54,069 bases of DNA from Bugula neritina (lineage: Eukaryota > Animalia > Bryozoa). A program made the translations under genes and the position numbers. How positions within the stretch are numbered: position 1 is the first letter of the stretch; every line of letters starts with the position of its first letter. The stretch spans positions 209,185-263,253 of the forward strand of contig CAXIUT010000057.1 in the NCBI GenBank assembly GCA_964035545.1, given 5' to 3'. This document shows, piece by piece, positions 1 through 11,345 of this stretch. Under the pieces are notes generated by a model. That model searched no databases, was not told where the DNA came from, and saw only the letters and a program-made list of their open reading frames with translations.

Positions 1-88
1 CCCAACCCCAACCCAACCCCAACCCCAACCCCAACCCAACCCAACCAACCCCAACCCAACAACCCCAACCCCAACCCCAACCCCACCC
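1..88 (+). repeat. Left telomere (CCCCAA)n with some CCCAA variants
   Basis: Tandem C4A2 repeats at the contig start; oligohymenophorean-type telomere. Confidence 0.97.
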
Positions 89-198
89 CTATTGATAGAA
101 AATAAAATAGTAATAACTCAATACTAATATTGGATAGATAGTCATAAGATATCCATTTATTTCTAAGTTTAGCCTGTTTCTGCAGTTTATTTAAAGCA

Positions 199-853
199 TC
201 AACAACCTAATTCTAATACTTCGCTCTCAAAACTAAGTTTCCTGAATGGATATTTTCCATTCCTCTCTTCCCAAAGAATAATACTAAATCCAGAATTAAC
301 CTTATTCTCACTCTTAGTACTAGTCTTATGAAAATACTCCTTTATCTGATCCTCAACTCCCCTCTCGAAACAAATGATCTTTTGCCAGTAAATTTTCATC
401 TATTGGAACTTTCCTCACTATCTCCTGCACCTAGGGCTGGTTCAAAAAATCAATATCCAGATTTTTAGAATTAACACTAAATATCTTATCGATCTGCTTC
501 TTCAAATCTGATAACTAGTTCTTACTTTCAAGAACTAACATGATTTTTGAGACAGTTTTTTTGAGAAGGAGCCAAAAATATCAAACACCTCAAATCACCA
601 ATATACTTAGTATAATTGGGAAAGTTAGAATACAGCTAAAAATCAAAATTGATATCCAAATCCAATGTACTAACATAGTAAATCCAAAAGTATACCTTTT
701 CTGATAGACCACCAACAACCCAGAACAATTCTATTGCCATTACTCTTGGATCGATATGTATAAACATCTTGGTCTAGTGACGAAAAGGACAGTTCTCCCG
801 TCTTTGTTGAATCTGAACTGCAGCTACTTTTATAGCAGTGGGTCTATTTTCAT
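199..853 (-). CDS. Hypothetical protein (probable tiny intron, frame uncertain)
   Basis: ATG at 853 opens MKIDPLLEKELQFRFNKDGRTVLFV under TAR=Glu; ends ...EVLELGC-TGA; no family recognised. Confidence 0.4.
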
Positions 854-1216
854 ATTATTAGTTAATTTGAAATGTTATTATAGTGTTATTGAATATAAAC
901 CATTCGATTCATCACTATTAAGTTAATTTTAGAAGTGCTGTTTTTATTCTTATCTCAGTCCCAAAAGAGTCACTATGGTTGCTGTTTTCTTTTAAGAGAG
1001 GCAGAGAAAGAATTCACAGGGTTTTGGAGGTAGACCCATCTAGGATTGGATTGTTCTAAGATATAAAACAAATTAAAAAAGGGATAATTTGGGTGAAAAC
1101 TTGATATTTATGAGTTTGAGTTGGATTAGTTGTTGTATTGATGTAAAGTGAGTATAATTCTGGTCCATTCCGAGTGAAATGGACTTTGAAGGTTAATAAA
1201 ATCAATTAGAGTCAAG

Positions 1217-4020
1217 ATGGGATTATAGTGTGCTAAGGTGGCTCGCAGAGGTCCTGAATTCATCGATGCCATCAAAGTAGACGAACTATAGTCTGAACTT
1301 AAAAATGTCAAGGATGTCACCAAGATAGATCTCACCCTCGCAGCACTCAAACTAATTAACTTCCACCAAGTACCCCATCCCCTCATCCAGACTTTCCACA
1401 TCATTAGAATACAGGTCCCCAGGGTAGTTCTCGATAGATGTCTCCTCTAACTAGTTCTAAAAACACGACAAAATCTGGAATGTAAGTTTTCCTTAAAAAA
1501 GTCCGACAAATAGTGCAAAGCAGTTATCCAGGCTCCTCTTTCTGAGATGTCATAAAAAATGTTGAAGATTCAGATGTTAGACAAGACAGGTAAGGTTCTT
1601 GACTAGTTAAAGATGAAGCTATATCATTTATCGACAGGTCCAGTCAAGCACGACCACCTTTTGAAAAACCTAAAATCTAGATTATTATTTGAATGCAAAA
1701 TAGAACAATACCTAGATATCTAGGTATCAGTGAACGACTGGAACATAATCTGGAAAAACCCTTCAAACTATTCCTAATAATCCTACAGTTTATCTCTGAT
1801 AGTAAAATAGAAATTAACATAGTTTTCAAATATAAATAAGCATGTAGACGTAATAAAACAATTCGAAAAGCACTAGAAAATAAAAACGATTCGGTTGGAT
1901 AAAATATCTCTACCTCATAGCTAAATGCTATAATCTATTATCAGAATTAAAATGACTATTTTAGGATTTAAGAACACCATCTCGAATTTTATGTCCCCTA
2001 CTCTAAAATCATACAACTATCTACCTACAAACAAATCAATACCAATGACGGAGTCTACTAGAACCGCTAGTTCAAACAAAAACTAGTCCATCATGATCGA
2101 AGGGTAAGAAGTGGGATCGATTAGCTTTAATTTGGAGTTTAGAAAATCTAGATTAATATCTAGAACAAATGGATTGTGTCATTTTCAGCTAAAATGGTAT
2201 TGTTATGACCACAGAAACAGATCTCTAGAGCAGATAGTGGGAACTTAGTCTTGATATCATGCAAGGATACCTCAAAGATTAAAAACTGGTAAAGCTTATG
2301 GATTTGAGTGATTATGATTTCTGTAAAACTATGGATGATCTTTGCGTAGTACTTCAAGAAGGGAAATAATTCAGAATAGCTGATAACTTATTTTATACTC
2401 AATAGGTGCTACTATAATTCTTTTAGAAATGTAGTAGTGTATTGACTAGGACTAAATAGTTAAAAATAATTACATTTGGAAGATATTCCATTTGATTCTT
2501 CATAAAAAAGTCATGGATTTAAGACATTTCGGAAGCATCAGAGACAGTGTTCATCAAAAAAGCTATGCTCTTAAATATTATACCTTTCTTGTTAGAAACT
2601 CTTTCTAAAATAGTTAGATTCATCATGAATGGAATCAGCTTCAATAACTAGTATCTATTCAGAGATTCGTTGCATATACATTCTTTAGATTTCCATGGTG
2701 CCAGAATTAGATTTTACAGGCATTGAAGAAGGAAGTGATCCTGTTCTCAGTTAAGATAAAATAGCATAGATCGGAGCCAGTTCTCAAGTCCGCAGTCCAA
2801 GCAAATCCTACAATCTACGACTGGTAAGCCAGCGTCTACAACTTAGTAAAACGATAGTAATAGTTCAAGCAACCCTAGCAAAGCTATAAAAAATAACAAG
2901 AGACAACCATAAATGGGCAGGTCTTCTCTTCGACAGATAGTACTAACAACTATTCTACGGTTTGTACTCATAGCTATGGGACGAGGCCTAGATTTTCCTT
3001 TCCATGGCGGTCGCATTTTATGGTAATACTTTCCTAGATACGGATAGCTCTTATCATATTTTTTGGTGAGATGAATGCCAGTGGTATCCTTGATTTTAGT
3101 GCATAGATGACTCGCTGCAATATGAAGTTGATAAAAAATTAAAAATTACTCAACACTTTCATGATGCTTATCTTTCCCAAAACCTGTCTTTATGAAACCT
3201 ACTCAGTACTGAAATGTTTGGATTTGATCAGCTGCTATTTCGAGGTAATTCTCAGCAAAAACAAAAAGATCCCCCACGATTTCCACTACAATTACTTCTA
3301 CTCAGGCATCAGATGCATCTTGTAGTCAGACCACTCTTTCTTCTTCAAAAGGTATATATAAATAGTAATATAGATGCTATCAATATTATATAAATATTAT
3401 GCAATATTTACCAAAGAGTTTAAGGAGACATTAAACCACTATATTCTTTGCCATGCGTTTAATCAGTTGTTTTTTACATTGGAACTATAGCGTAAGAAAT
3501 GTATTTCATCTTTTACTGATCTTCAAGATAATCAAAATAGAAAATAGTATAAAACAATCCATAGTTAATTAAAAGTCAAAGTACTTTTAACCATCATGAA
3601 CAAAAATTAAACTACTAAGCTGTCATGGATCACATCCTCACTCTTAGAGAGCTACACGTCTAAAATAAAAAGTATAAGGTCAATCATAAATTAGCCTATC
3701 ACTAAAAAATGAAAGTTCAATTAGTATAAAAAAGAAAAAAATATCTCATGTATAACTATGCCAGTAGTCCCTAGAAATTCATAGAATAGTCCAATGAAAT
3801 TAAGACAAAATAGTTTTTAGTATGATTTTAGTCCAATTATAGTTAAAAGAAATGGAGTGTAACTAATAGCATTGAAGATGATCGACCCATCCCAACTAAA
3901 CAATAAACTAAATACTTATCAGTATCGCTTAAATAATTTGATTAGGCTAAAAAGATTAAAGATCCTGATACCATCGTTGATAATGACAGCAAAATGCTAC
4001 AAGTTAATATTGACCAATGA
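1217..4020 (+). CDS. DUF1765-like protein, possibly N-acylated
   Basis: Starts MGLECAKVARRG; C-terminal region KIPHDFHYNYFYSGIRCILESDH...FNQLFLHWNYSVRNVFHLLL resembles the DUF1765 F-x-H-W-x-x-x-V-R-x-x-F-H motif; TGA at 4018-4020. Confidence 0.65.
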
Positions 4021-4060
4021 TTGCCTAATAGTTTATTTATTTAGAATATCTTATACCATA

Positions 4061-4300
4061 TAGATAGTATAGATAGTATAGAGAGCTAGAGATAGCTAGA
4101 GATAGCTAGAGATAGTATATATAGTTAGAGATAGCTAGAGATTAGTATAGATAGCTAGAGATAGCTAGAGATAGTATATATAGTTATTAGATTGTAAAAG
4201 ATAGTATATATAGTTATTAGATTGTAAAAGATAGTATATATAGTTATTAGATTGTAAAAGATAGTATATAGTTATTAGATTGTAAAAGATAGTATAGATA
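4061..4300. repeat. Compound minisatellite: 10-bp GATAGCTAGA units, then a 30-bp ATAGTATATATAGTTATTAGATTGTAAAAG unit x3 plus a 28-bp variant
   Basis: Exact 30-bp copies at 4171, 4201 and 4231; variant at 4261. Confidence 0.92.
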
Positions 4301-4499
4301 GATATGTATCGTATGTATAGTTATAGGTAGTTATTGTGGAATTGATAGGTATGAAGATTATAAAGACAGGAATATAATCAATGATGTTTATTAGTTGCCC
4401 TCGATGAATAGTTTGCAGTTTTTGGTTTCTTTTACGGCTACTATAAATTATCTATTCACTGAATACGATCCTGGCCGGGATAGTAATTATGCGGGCAAT

Positions 4500-5068
4500 C
4501 TAACTTCATCTTCTTGGATGTCTTGAATCCAGTAGATCGACAAAAATATTTAGATTAGACTTCTTTGTCTTAATTTTAAGGATTAATGTAAGTAGATTGC
4601 AGCGATGGCCATGTCGATCTCTTCTTTTAGATTGAAAATTATCAACAGCAGGACTCAACCTACCAACCAATCCTGATTGTCTTTGCTTAATTTAAATGGC
4701 TTTTTAGTCGATAAAGCAGCAGGCGTCTCTTTACGATTAGTATTGCTTTTGCCAATAGAAAAAGTTCTCATTTATTTGCTTTATCCTTGCCTAATCTTTT
4801 ATTACTCATCTACCATCTTAGTTATCTTTTGAGCAATCTAGTGCATTGATGATTTTCTTTTCTTCTTTAGTGCATATAAATTATCACTGTCTTATGGCCA
4901 GTAAATACTGGACCATTTGAATCTTTTCTATTTAGAAAATGACAGATGAGGGGCTACAAATTTACCTGTTATCTATGATTCGACCCAGAGCTCACTAGAA
5001 CGAGGAGCTGATACCGTGTTGAAGAAAGCTGGAGGTTAGTTATGCGATAAGTTGGAGTAGAGAGCCAT
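4500..5068 (-). CDS. Hypothetical protein
   Basis: MALYSNLSHNEPPAFFNTVSAPRSSELWVES...; open under TAR=Glu with probable introns; 3' end uncertain. Confidence 0.4.
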
Positions 5069-5160
5069 TTAGGAATCAATAAAATTATAGAAGTCGATTA
5101 TCCTCAAATGCAATAATCAAAAATAGTAAAAATAAGAGAAATGACCTCATGATCATCTAG

Positions 5161-5227
5161 AGGACTGAACGGATGGTTGATTAGGAGGTAGAGGAGGACT
5201 GGGCGGATGGTTGATAGGGAGTAGAGG
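5161..5227. repeat. Imperfect 34-bp direct duplication (AGGACTG--CGGATGGTTGAT-...GTAGAGG)
   Basis: Two adjacent near-identical G-rich units. Confidence 0.75.
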
Positions 5228-5386
5228 AAGGTGGTTTGATGATATGGTTAAAAGGAGTCATCAAGATGTGGTCATTTGTATTAAATATCTGATGATTGAT
5301 GAATAGATATGAAAGGGTACGTAACCCCTCTCGCTAATAACTCGCTATAAAGGAAGACGTTCTTCCGTCGATCCAGGCATATTCAA

Positions 5387-5829
5387 TCACTTGGCCACTT
5401 TTCTCCTACTATCAGAAGAAGAAGAACCAGAAGAAGAACTAGAACTCCTAGAAGATGAACTCGAAGACGACGATGATGAATAACTAGATGACCACTATAA
5501 CTACCTTCTTCTTCTACTCCCCCGATGTCTATCTTTACTTCTGCTACGAGATCGATAACTCGGTCCATTTCTTTTCTTTCCAGATGGCTCAACAGTCAAT
5601 CGAAATCCTTAACCTTTTTATCATGCATTTATTTGACTGCTGTTTACGCGTCATAGTAATCTTGAAATTCCTAAATAGATATAATACATACGATGAAGGA
5701 GTATGGTCCTTTGTATTGAATGCAGTTGATTTTACCAAATTACCTGAACCATGATTTCAGGTCATCTTTTGTTGTATTTTTGCCATAGCCTTTGACATAG
5801 ACTTCTGGATTTCTGACTCTACGGGACAT
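5387..5829 (-). CDS. SR-family splicing factor (RRM + RS/Ser-rich tail)
   Basis: MSRRVRNPEVYVKGYGKNTTKDDLKSWFREFGKI...KGPYSFI|EFQDYYDAETAV...RSRSRSKDRHRGSRRR; 21-nt intron 5671-5691; one apparent 1-nt frameshift near 5610. Confidence 0.88.
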
Positions 5830-5964
5830 GTTGATTAATTAATACACGAATCTGTTTTCAATTAACACGAATCTGTTCATATTTAATCCGAACTCTATAT
5901 AGCGATCAGAATATTATCATCACTAATATAACCATCTAAATACTCATTATATCATCTATAAGTA

Positions 5965-7680
5965 ATGGATGTTGAATCTAATAAACAAATTAATGAAAAA
6001 ACAAAATACCTCAATAATCCCAACATATACTAAACAACCCATCTTCCATTTCTAAAGAATAGACCTTTCAATGGCTGAGATTCAAAGATAAATAAAAATA
6101 TTTACCTGTTTTACGGAATCTCAGCTATTTATGCTAAAATACATTAAGTACTATTTTTATTTTGGATATGAACTAGTACAAAAAAGATAAAAAAGTAAGC
6201 AGATAAGTTTAAATAGTCAGCTAGAAATAAATAATAGGACTCTAGCAATTCTTTCAATCGTAAACTAAAATACATAACAAAAATAATTTAGCCAATAGGT
6301 CTAAAAGATAAAAACCTATCAAAAAAACATCTATAGATACGTGTAGTAATATTTAAGTAAAAATTTAATAAAATTTTAAAATAAAACAAACTACCTAAAT
6401 TTCAATATCTACATGACCAAAACAAAGATTTCTATCTCAAAGCATCCTTCGCACATCTAGACTATCAATTCTAACTAAGTTAAATCCCAAAATCAACACA
6501 AAAACCCTAATAATACAAAATAACCAATTATCTGGTGAGATAGTAGTTGATAAAAAGATATGAGTTGATATGAAGATGTCAGAATCGATCAAGTTGTCAG
6601 AATAGTTGGGTGCAATGTACAATCATTTTTACGATAAAATATATTTTATCTATGATTAGTATTTGCTAAAATTGCAAGTTTTTCATAATTACCCCAGTTT
6701 GAGAATCAAAAGCTATCTACCTGTCAAATTCAACGATGCCAGAACTAATCAAAAACTATAAGGACCCATCTTTAGCAATGCTAATAGCTAGTGCATGTAT
6801 GGTCATCTTCTAGGCTACAATGCTGATACATCAAAACAAGTATAAGGCTAGTATTGCGATCGCTGTTAAATAAAAATATATCTTTGAGATAGAATTAATT
6901 GATGACCATGCTCCGTGACAACATATTCAATCCAAAAAAGTTAGATGTTTTGTTTTGTCCTGAATACAATCGTTTTAAATTGTTCTAAGTGAAAGAGGAA
7001 CCTGTAGAGTAGATGGAGGGGTAAATAGGTGTTGAGAAGATGGTTAGCAGAATATCAGTCAAATATTTGAATTATTATCACTTTAGAACTAATCTCAAGA
7101 GAATAACTACTAAACAAAGGTTAAATGTTCATCATGGGGAGGCAGAGGAATCTTTTAGTTTGTGTTTTTAACTTTTTGGAAGGAAAATCATGATTATTGA
7201 TCCAGCGAGAGGACGCTTTTGCTAGCATCATGCTTTCACTGATCTTAGACTATACTATTCCAGCTACGATTAATAATTAAATCTCTACACCTGTCCTATC
7301 AAAGGCTGCAACAAAACCATGACCGACAACGACATCTTATACCTTAAAGAAGTAGTTGTTCTAGTAGAATATGCTAAATTTAAATGCTAAAATTGGCCAT
7401 AATTGGCTTAACTATCCTAAGTAGTCATCGACAACAACCAAAAGAAGTTATACATAGCTTATAAAGCCAAATAATAAAAAACCATTATGAATAAACTCGA
7501 TGAACTGCCAGATTTCTATAAAACTCTGATCGACCCATACACTCCTTTCCCTTAATACACATTGGGTTTTAAAATAGAAGTAGAAGAGATAGAAGAAAGA
7601 TAACTATATGTTCGGGGCATTGAGGGAGTAGATGCAACAGCAGATGTAGATGTAGGAGTAGTATGACGAGGACGATTGAA
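5965..7680 (+). CDS. Protein with a divergent SP-RING (zf-MIZ)-like domain
   Basis: SFSLCFELFGRKIMIIDPARGRFCEHHAFTDLRLYY...YTCPIKGCNK resembles the SP-RING P-x-RG-x-x-C-x-H...CP-x-x-C pattern; N-terminal frame uncertain. Confidence 0.55.
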
Positions 7681-7718
7681 ATGATAGCAGATGTGTTTAT
7701 TCTATAGTAATATATATT

Positions 7719-8390
7719 ATGCAATAAAAAGATCAAGAAGAAACTAAGAAAAAAGGATCAAAAAGTTTAATGCAAAGGAATGTAACAGAATTCAGACATT
7801 TTTTAGCACACCCTCATGTAACAGAATCTGATCTTACCTGGACGATGGGACTCAGAGATAACCACATTCCTAAAACTATCGAACATAAAGAACCTTCAGC
7901 TCCTGAAGTATTTTTCAAAAAAACTATGCTATCTACCATCCGTGATGAACTAAAATCCAAATAATAGAAATTTACCTTAAATGCAGGATAATATGGACAC
8001 ATGATGACCAAGAAATTGTAAAGAACTCCAGAAAAACAAACCATGCAACAGCTACGATTTTACAATCAGTTGCGAAAAGATAAGAACAGTGACTATGCTG
8101 GTAGCAAATCTAACAAGCAATTCGATGTGATACGTTTAAGTAGCGTCATGACCTTTCCGGCTTTTATATAGGAAGGTAGGTCTATTCTTATTCAGGAACA
8201 TTTACATAAAGTGTACGTGGGCAAGAAGGAGACTGAAAGTGCATTCGATGGTGCTCAAAATCAACAACCTTACACCAATAAGATGAAAACAAAGAATTAT
8301 GCCAATTTTGAACCTATGGCAAAAGCTAAAGGCAGAAATAAAGTGCAACTTCCCTCACTTGCCTGGTAGATGGGACTAAGAAATTACTGA
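7719..8390 (+). CDS. Hypothetical protein
   Basis: MQEKDQEETKKKGSKSLMQRNVTEFRHFL...; ends LPSLAWEMGLRNY-TGA; probable intron near 8176-8195. Confidence 0.6.
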
Positions 8391-8541
8391 TTGTTCTATG
8401 AACGTTTTATTTTATATCAAAAAGACATCTACTTAACTACACCTGAAACAGAGTGATAGAAGGTTCAGTTTAGTTTGGGCTGCTGATATCATGGTATTAA
8501 TAGTTGAGATAGATATATTCGAGTATAATAATTAATTAGAA

Positions 8542-9823
8542 ATGGATAAAATTATCTAGAAATTGTAGAATCATGAGAATTGGAAGGAAATGATACGTTT
8601 GGCTTGTAAAAGAAACCAACTTAAAACTTCTATGGCAAGTGAACTTACTATTTTAAAATTGAAAACACTAGGGGTAAGATTAAGGAAAAGGTAGTTCTCT
8701 CTTAAAGTAGCTATGATAATTTAGGTGATAAAGTAGCTCTTGTTTGGATCTAAAACTAGTTAAAAACTTTCCATTGGGTTCTTATCATCATCAGTGCGTT
8801 ATATGATCTCCCGATTAATTAGTTTGTAACTATCAAATCAATTCAGGACTAGCCAGCCTGGAACCACCTCTCTAGCATATTCGCATACAAGAAGATCTCT
8901 TTTATGAAATATGAGGCCAAGAAGCTGATATTCAGTAAATTAAAAAATAAAAATTGGACTCCCCAAGAAAGCTAGCTCCTAAAAACTTTGATAGAAAATG
9001 TATTTATGCATTTACGTAGAATGAAAATCATCAATGGAATGACATCGCTCGGACTATGTTCGAGATATCTGATGAAAAAATATTTAAAACTGGCAAACAC
9101 TGCAGAGAAAGATGGCTTAATTATCTAGACCCATCCAAGAAAAGGTAAGATATATAGCTATATAGAGGAGATTGGACAGTCTAGGACGATATACTACTGT
9201 TGAACAAAGTGTATGATAATGGTAAAAAATGGTCATAATTTGCTAATTAATTTAAACGAACAGAACATTCAGTGAAGAATCGATTTAATTCATTGATATT
9301 GAGACAAAAGAAAGATAATCCAGAAATAAAGAGATAATAAAAATTAATTACACTACTTAAAAAAAGATAAATTAATAAAAATAATAATGATAGCTCATAA
9401 ATCCTACAAGAAGTTTAATAATGTAACCAGTAGATGGAAATTTTTTCATAACCTTAAATTATAACGATAACAGAATTATTCAATAAAATATGGAACAATA
9501 AATATTTGCATAATCTGGGTTAAAAAAAACAGATTAGTCTTTGGAAATCAGATAAGAACTATAAAATTAATAAATATTTGAAGGACAAATATAAAAAAAA
9601 TAAGCATAAAAAGTATAAATATCATAAATGCTACGATACGCACGCTAGTAGTAATTCAAAAACTTTACTATTAAAAACTAATTCCCACAAATCTATTCAC
9701 CCTTTCTGGAATGTCTCACCAGGCAACGGCACTCCCAATTTCATGAACTCACCGTCACCGCTAGGATACTACACTCTCAATTATACCTTTGCAACTGCTT
9801 TAACAACTTTACCAGTCAGCTGA
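8542..9823 (+). CDS. Myb-domain (R2R3-like) DNA-binding protein
   Basis: NWTPQESELLK...QWNDIAR...KTGKHCRERWLNYLDPSKKRGDWTVEDDILLL...GKKWSEFA...RTEHSVKNRFNSL; tiny introns; 3' end approximate. Confidence 0.9.
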
Positions 9824-9881
9824 GTCATCTATCAACCAATCAGTAGTAAAATAAATGATTTTTAAATTAACTATATAATAA

Positions 9882-11135
9882 TCAATTTCCAAACGATATC
9901 TTATTGTATGACTTCAAACCTGTCAAAAATGATTGAGCAGTTGATGCCCGAGATAGCCCCCTACCAGATTTAGAGCCATAAATACCCACTATCGAATTGA
10001 TGTTTTGAATGTTTGAAGAACTGTTGTTCTTCTGCAGTTGCGAGGGTCGGTTCGGTTTCAAAGAGCCTCTTCTTTTTACTTTAGATGACATATAACGATG
10101 ATCATTGAAGTTTGTCCTTGATAGTTCTTTAGTTGCTGGTATTATGAGTTGTCTTCAAATGCGTTTTATCTATCGTTTTGTCTTTGTTTTGATGATATGT
10201 TCAATGAATTTTTAAACCTACTGAACTGTACAATAGTTCAAGATCTTTATTATTTGGTTATTGCTGTAATGCAGAATTAGTTTAGACAAGTTGTGATACT
10301 AGTCTTCCTTGAGCACTGATGACTTTGCTAGACTTTTATTAGAAATACTAAAAGGACTACTAGGTCTAAGTTGATCCTGCCATTTGATTCTTCTTGCTTT
10401 TTTTACCTTTTTCTTACCATTTGACTCCTAAATATTAGTCCCTCTGATCTTGTTCTTGATAGTAGATATCAGTAAAGCCTATTCATCGGATTTAGATTAA
10501 TACTTAGCCAAAAACGAATACTACCAATCGATATGACTCATTTCTACATAAATTTATATTTTACTCTATGAATATACCTTCTCCAAATACTTCTAATACT
10601 TCTACAACTAATTTATTGTTTGATCTGAACACTCGAATATATCGATCTTTGTTCTCATAAAAGCATAAGCTGTCATGGCTGTCACTGAAATCTATTTAAA
10701 TTGAAAGAATACCTTCTCATGAGGTAGAGGATACATATCAATGAGGCTTAAAGCTGACTTTAGCTATAAATGAGTCCACAAAGCATTTAATCATGGATGG
10801 TATCAAGGAACTTAAAACCTTTTTACAGTTAATCATGAGATGGAAATTTGATTTATTCTATATTTTTAGTGAGTATATGTTCTTGAATATCATTTTCTTA
10901 ATGATTGTGATGGAAAGGTTCTAACTGTCCATCCCAGCATACGTATTATTTTATTGCCAGCAAGGAAAGGAGGGTCCTAGATGTATTCTATAGTACAAAT
11001 GGTACGAGATGGTCACTCACGAAGAGCCCATCCATGATCTTAGTAATGATGTATTCTGCATATTATAGTTTCTATTCTATGTAGAAAATATTTTTTATTA
11101 GAATAACAAAAATAAGTTTCTCAAAATAGAGATCA
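9882..11135 (-). CDS. Dual-specificity-phosphatase-like protein (probably inactive)
   Basis: ITKIMDGLFVSDH...FLAGNK...GFKFLDTIHDEMLCGLIYSESQLEASLICILYLMRRFQ(W)TAMTAYAFMRTK; DSP fold pattern without HCxxGxxR; start uncertain. Confidence 0.6.
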
Positions 11136-11183
11136 TCAACTATATTTAAAATTATATCAATATCAACGAAAAAGGTATTTTGA

Positions 11184-11277
11184 TCCCAACCCCAACCCCA
11201 ACCCCAACCCCAACCCCAACCCCAACCCCAACCCCAACCCCAACCCCAACCCCAACCCCAACCCCAACCCCAACCCC
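11184..11277 (+). repeat. Internal telomeric tract (CCCCAA) x ~15
   Basis: Perfect C4A2 repeats between two divergent genes. Confidence 0.97.
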
Positions 11278-11345
11278 TCAGAAAGGGTCATAATAATATC
11301 AATAGATATACTTCTCAAAATATATTTGAATAATTTTTAAAATTA

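Noticed and set aside
1-88. Mixed telomere repeat types (CCCAA vs CCCCAA)
   Set aside because: Internal and right tracts are almost perfect C4A2; the variants at the contig edge are likely low-coverage errors
4171-4288. CRISPR-like array
   Set aside because: The 30-bp units are directly tandem with no spacers, there are no cas genes, and the context is eukaryotic
10680-10690. In-frame TGA as Trp/Sec readthrough in the DSP-like gene
   Set aside because: The downstream conserved sequence is in a different frame; a single missing G (TGG ACA) explains it, and well-conserved genes end cleanly at TGA
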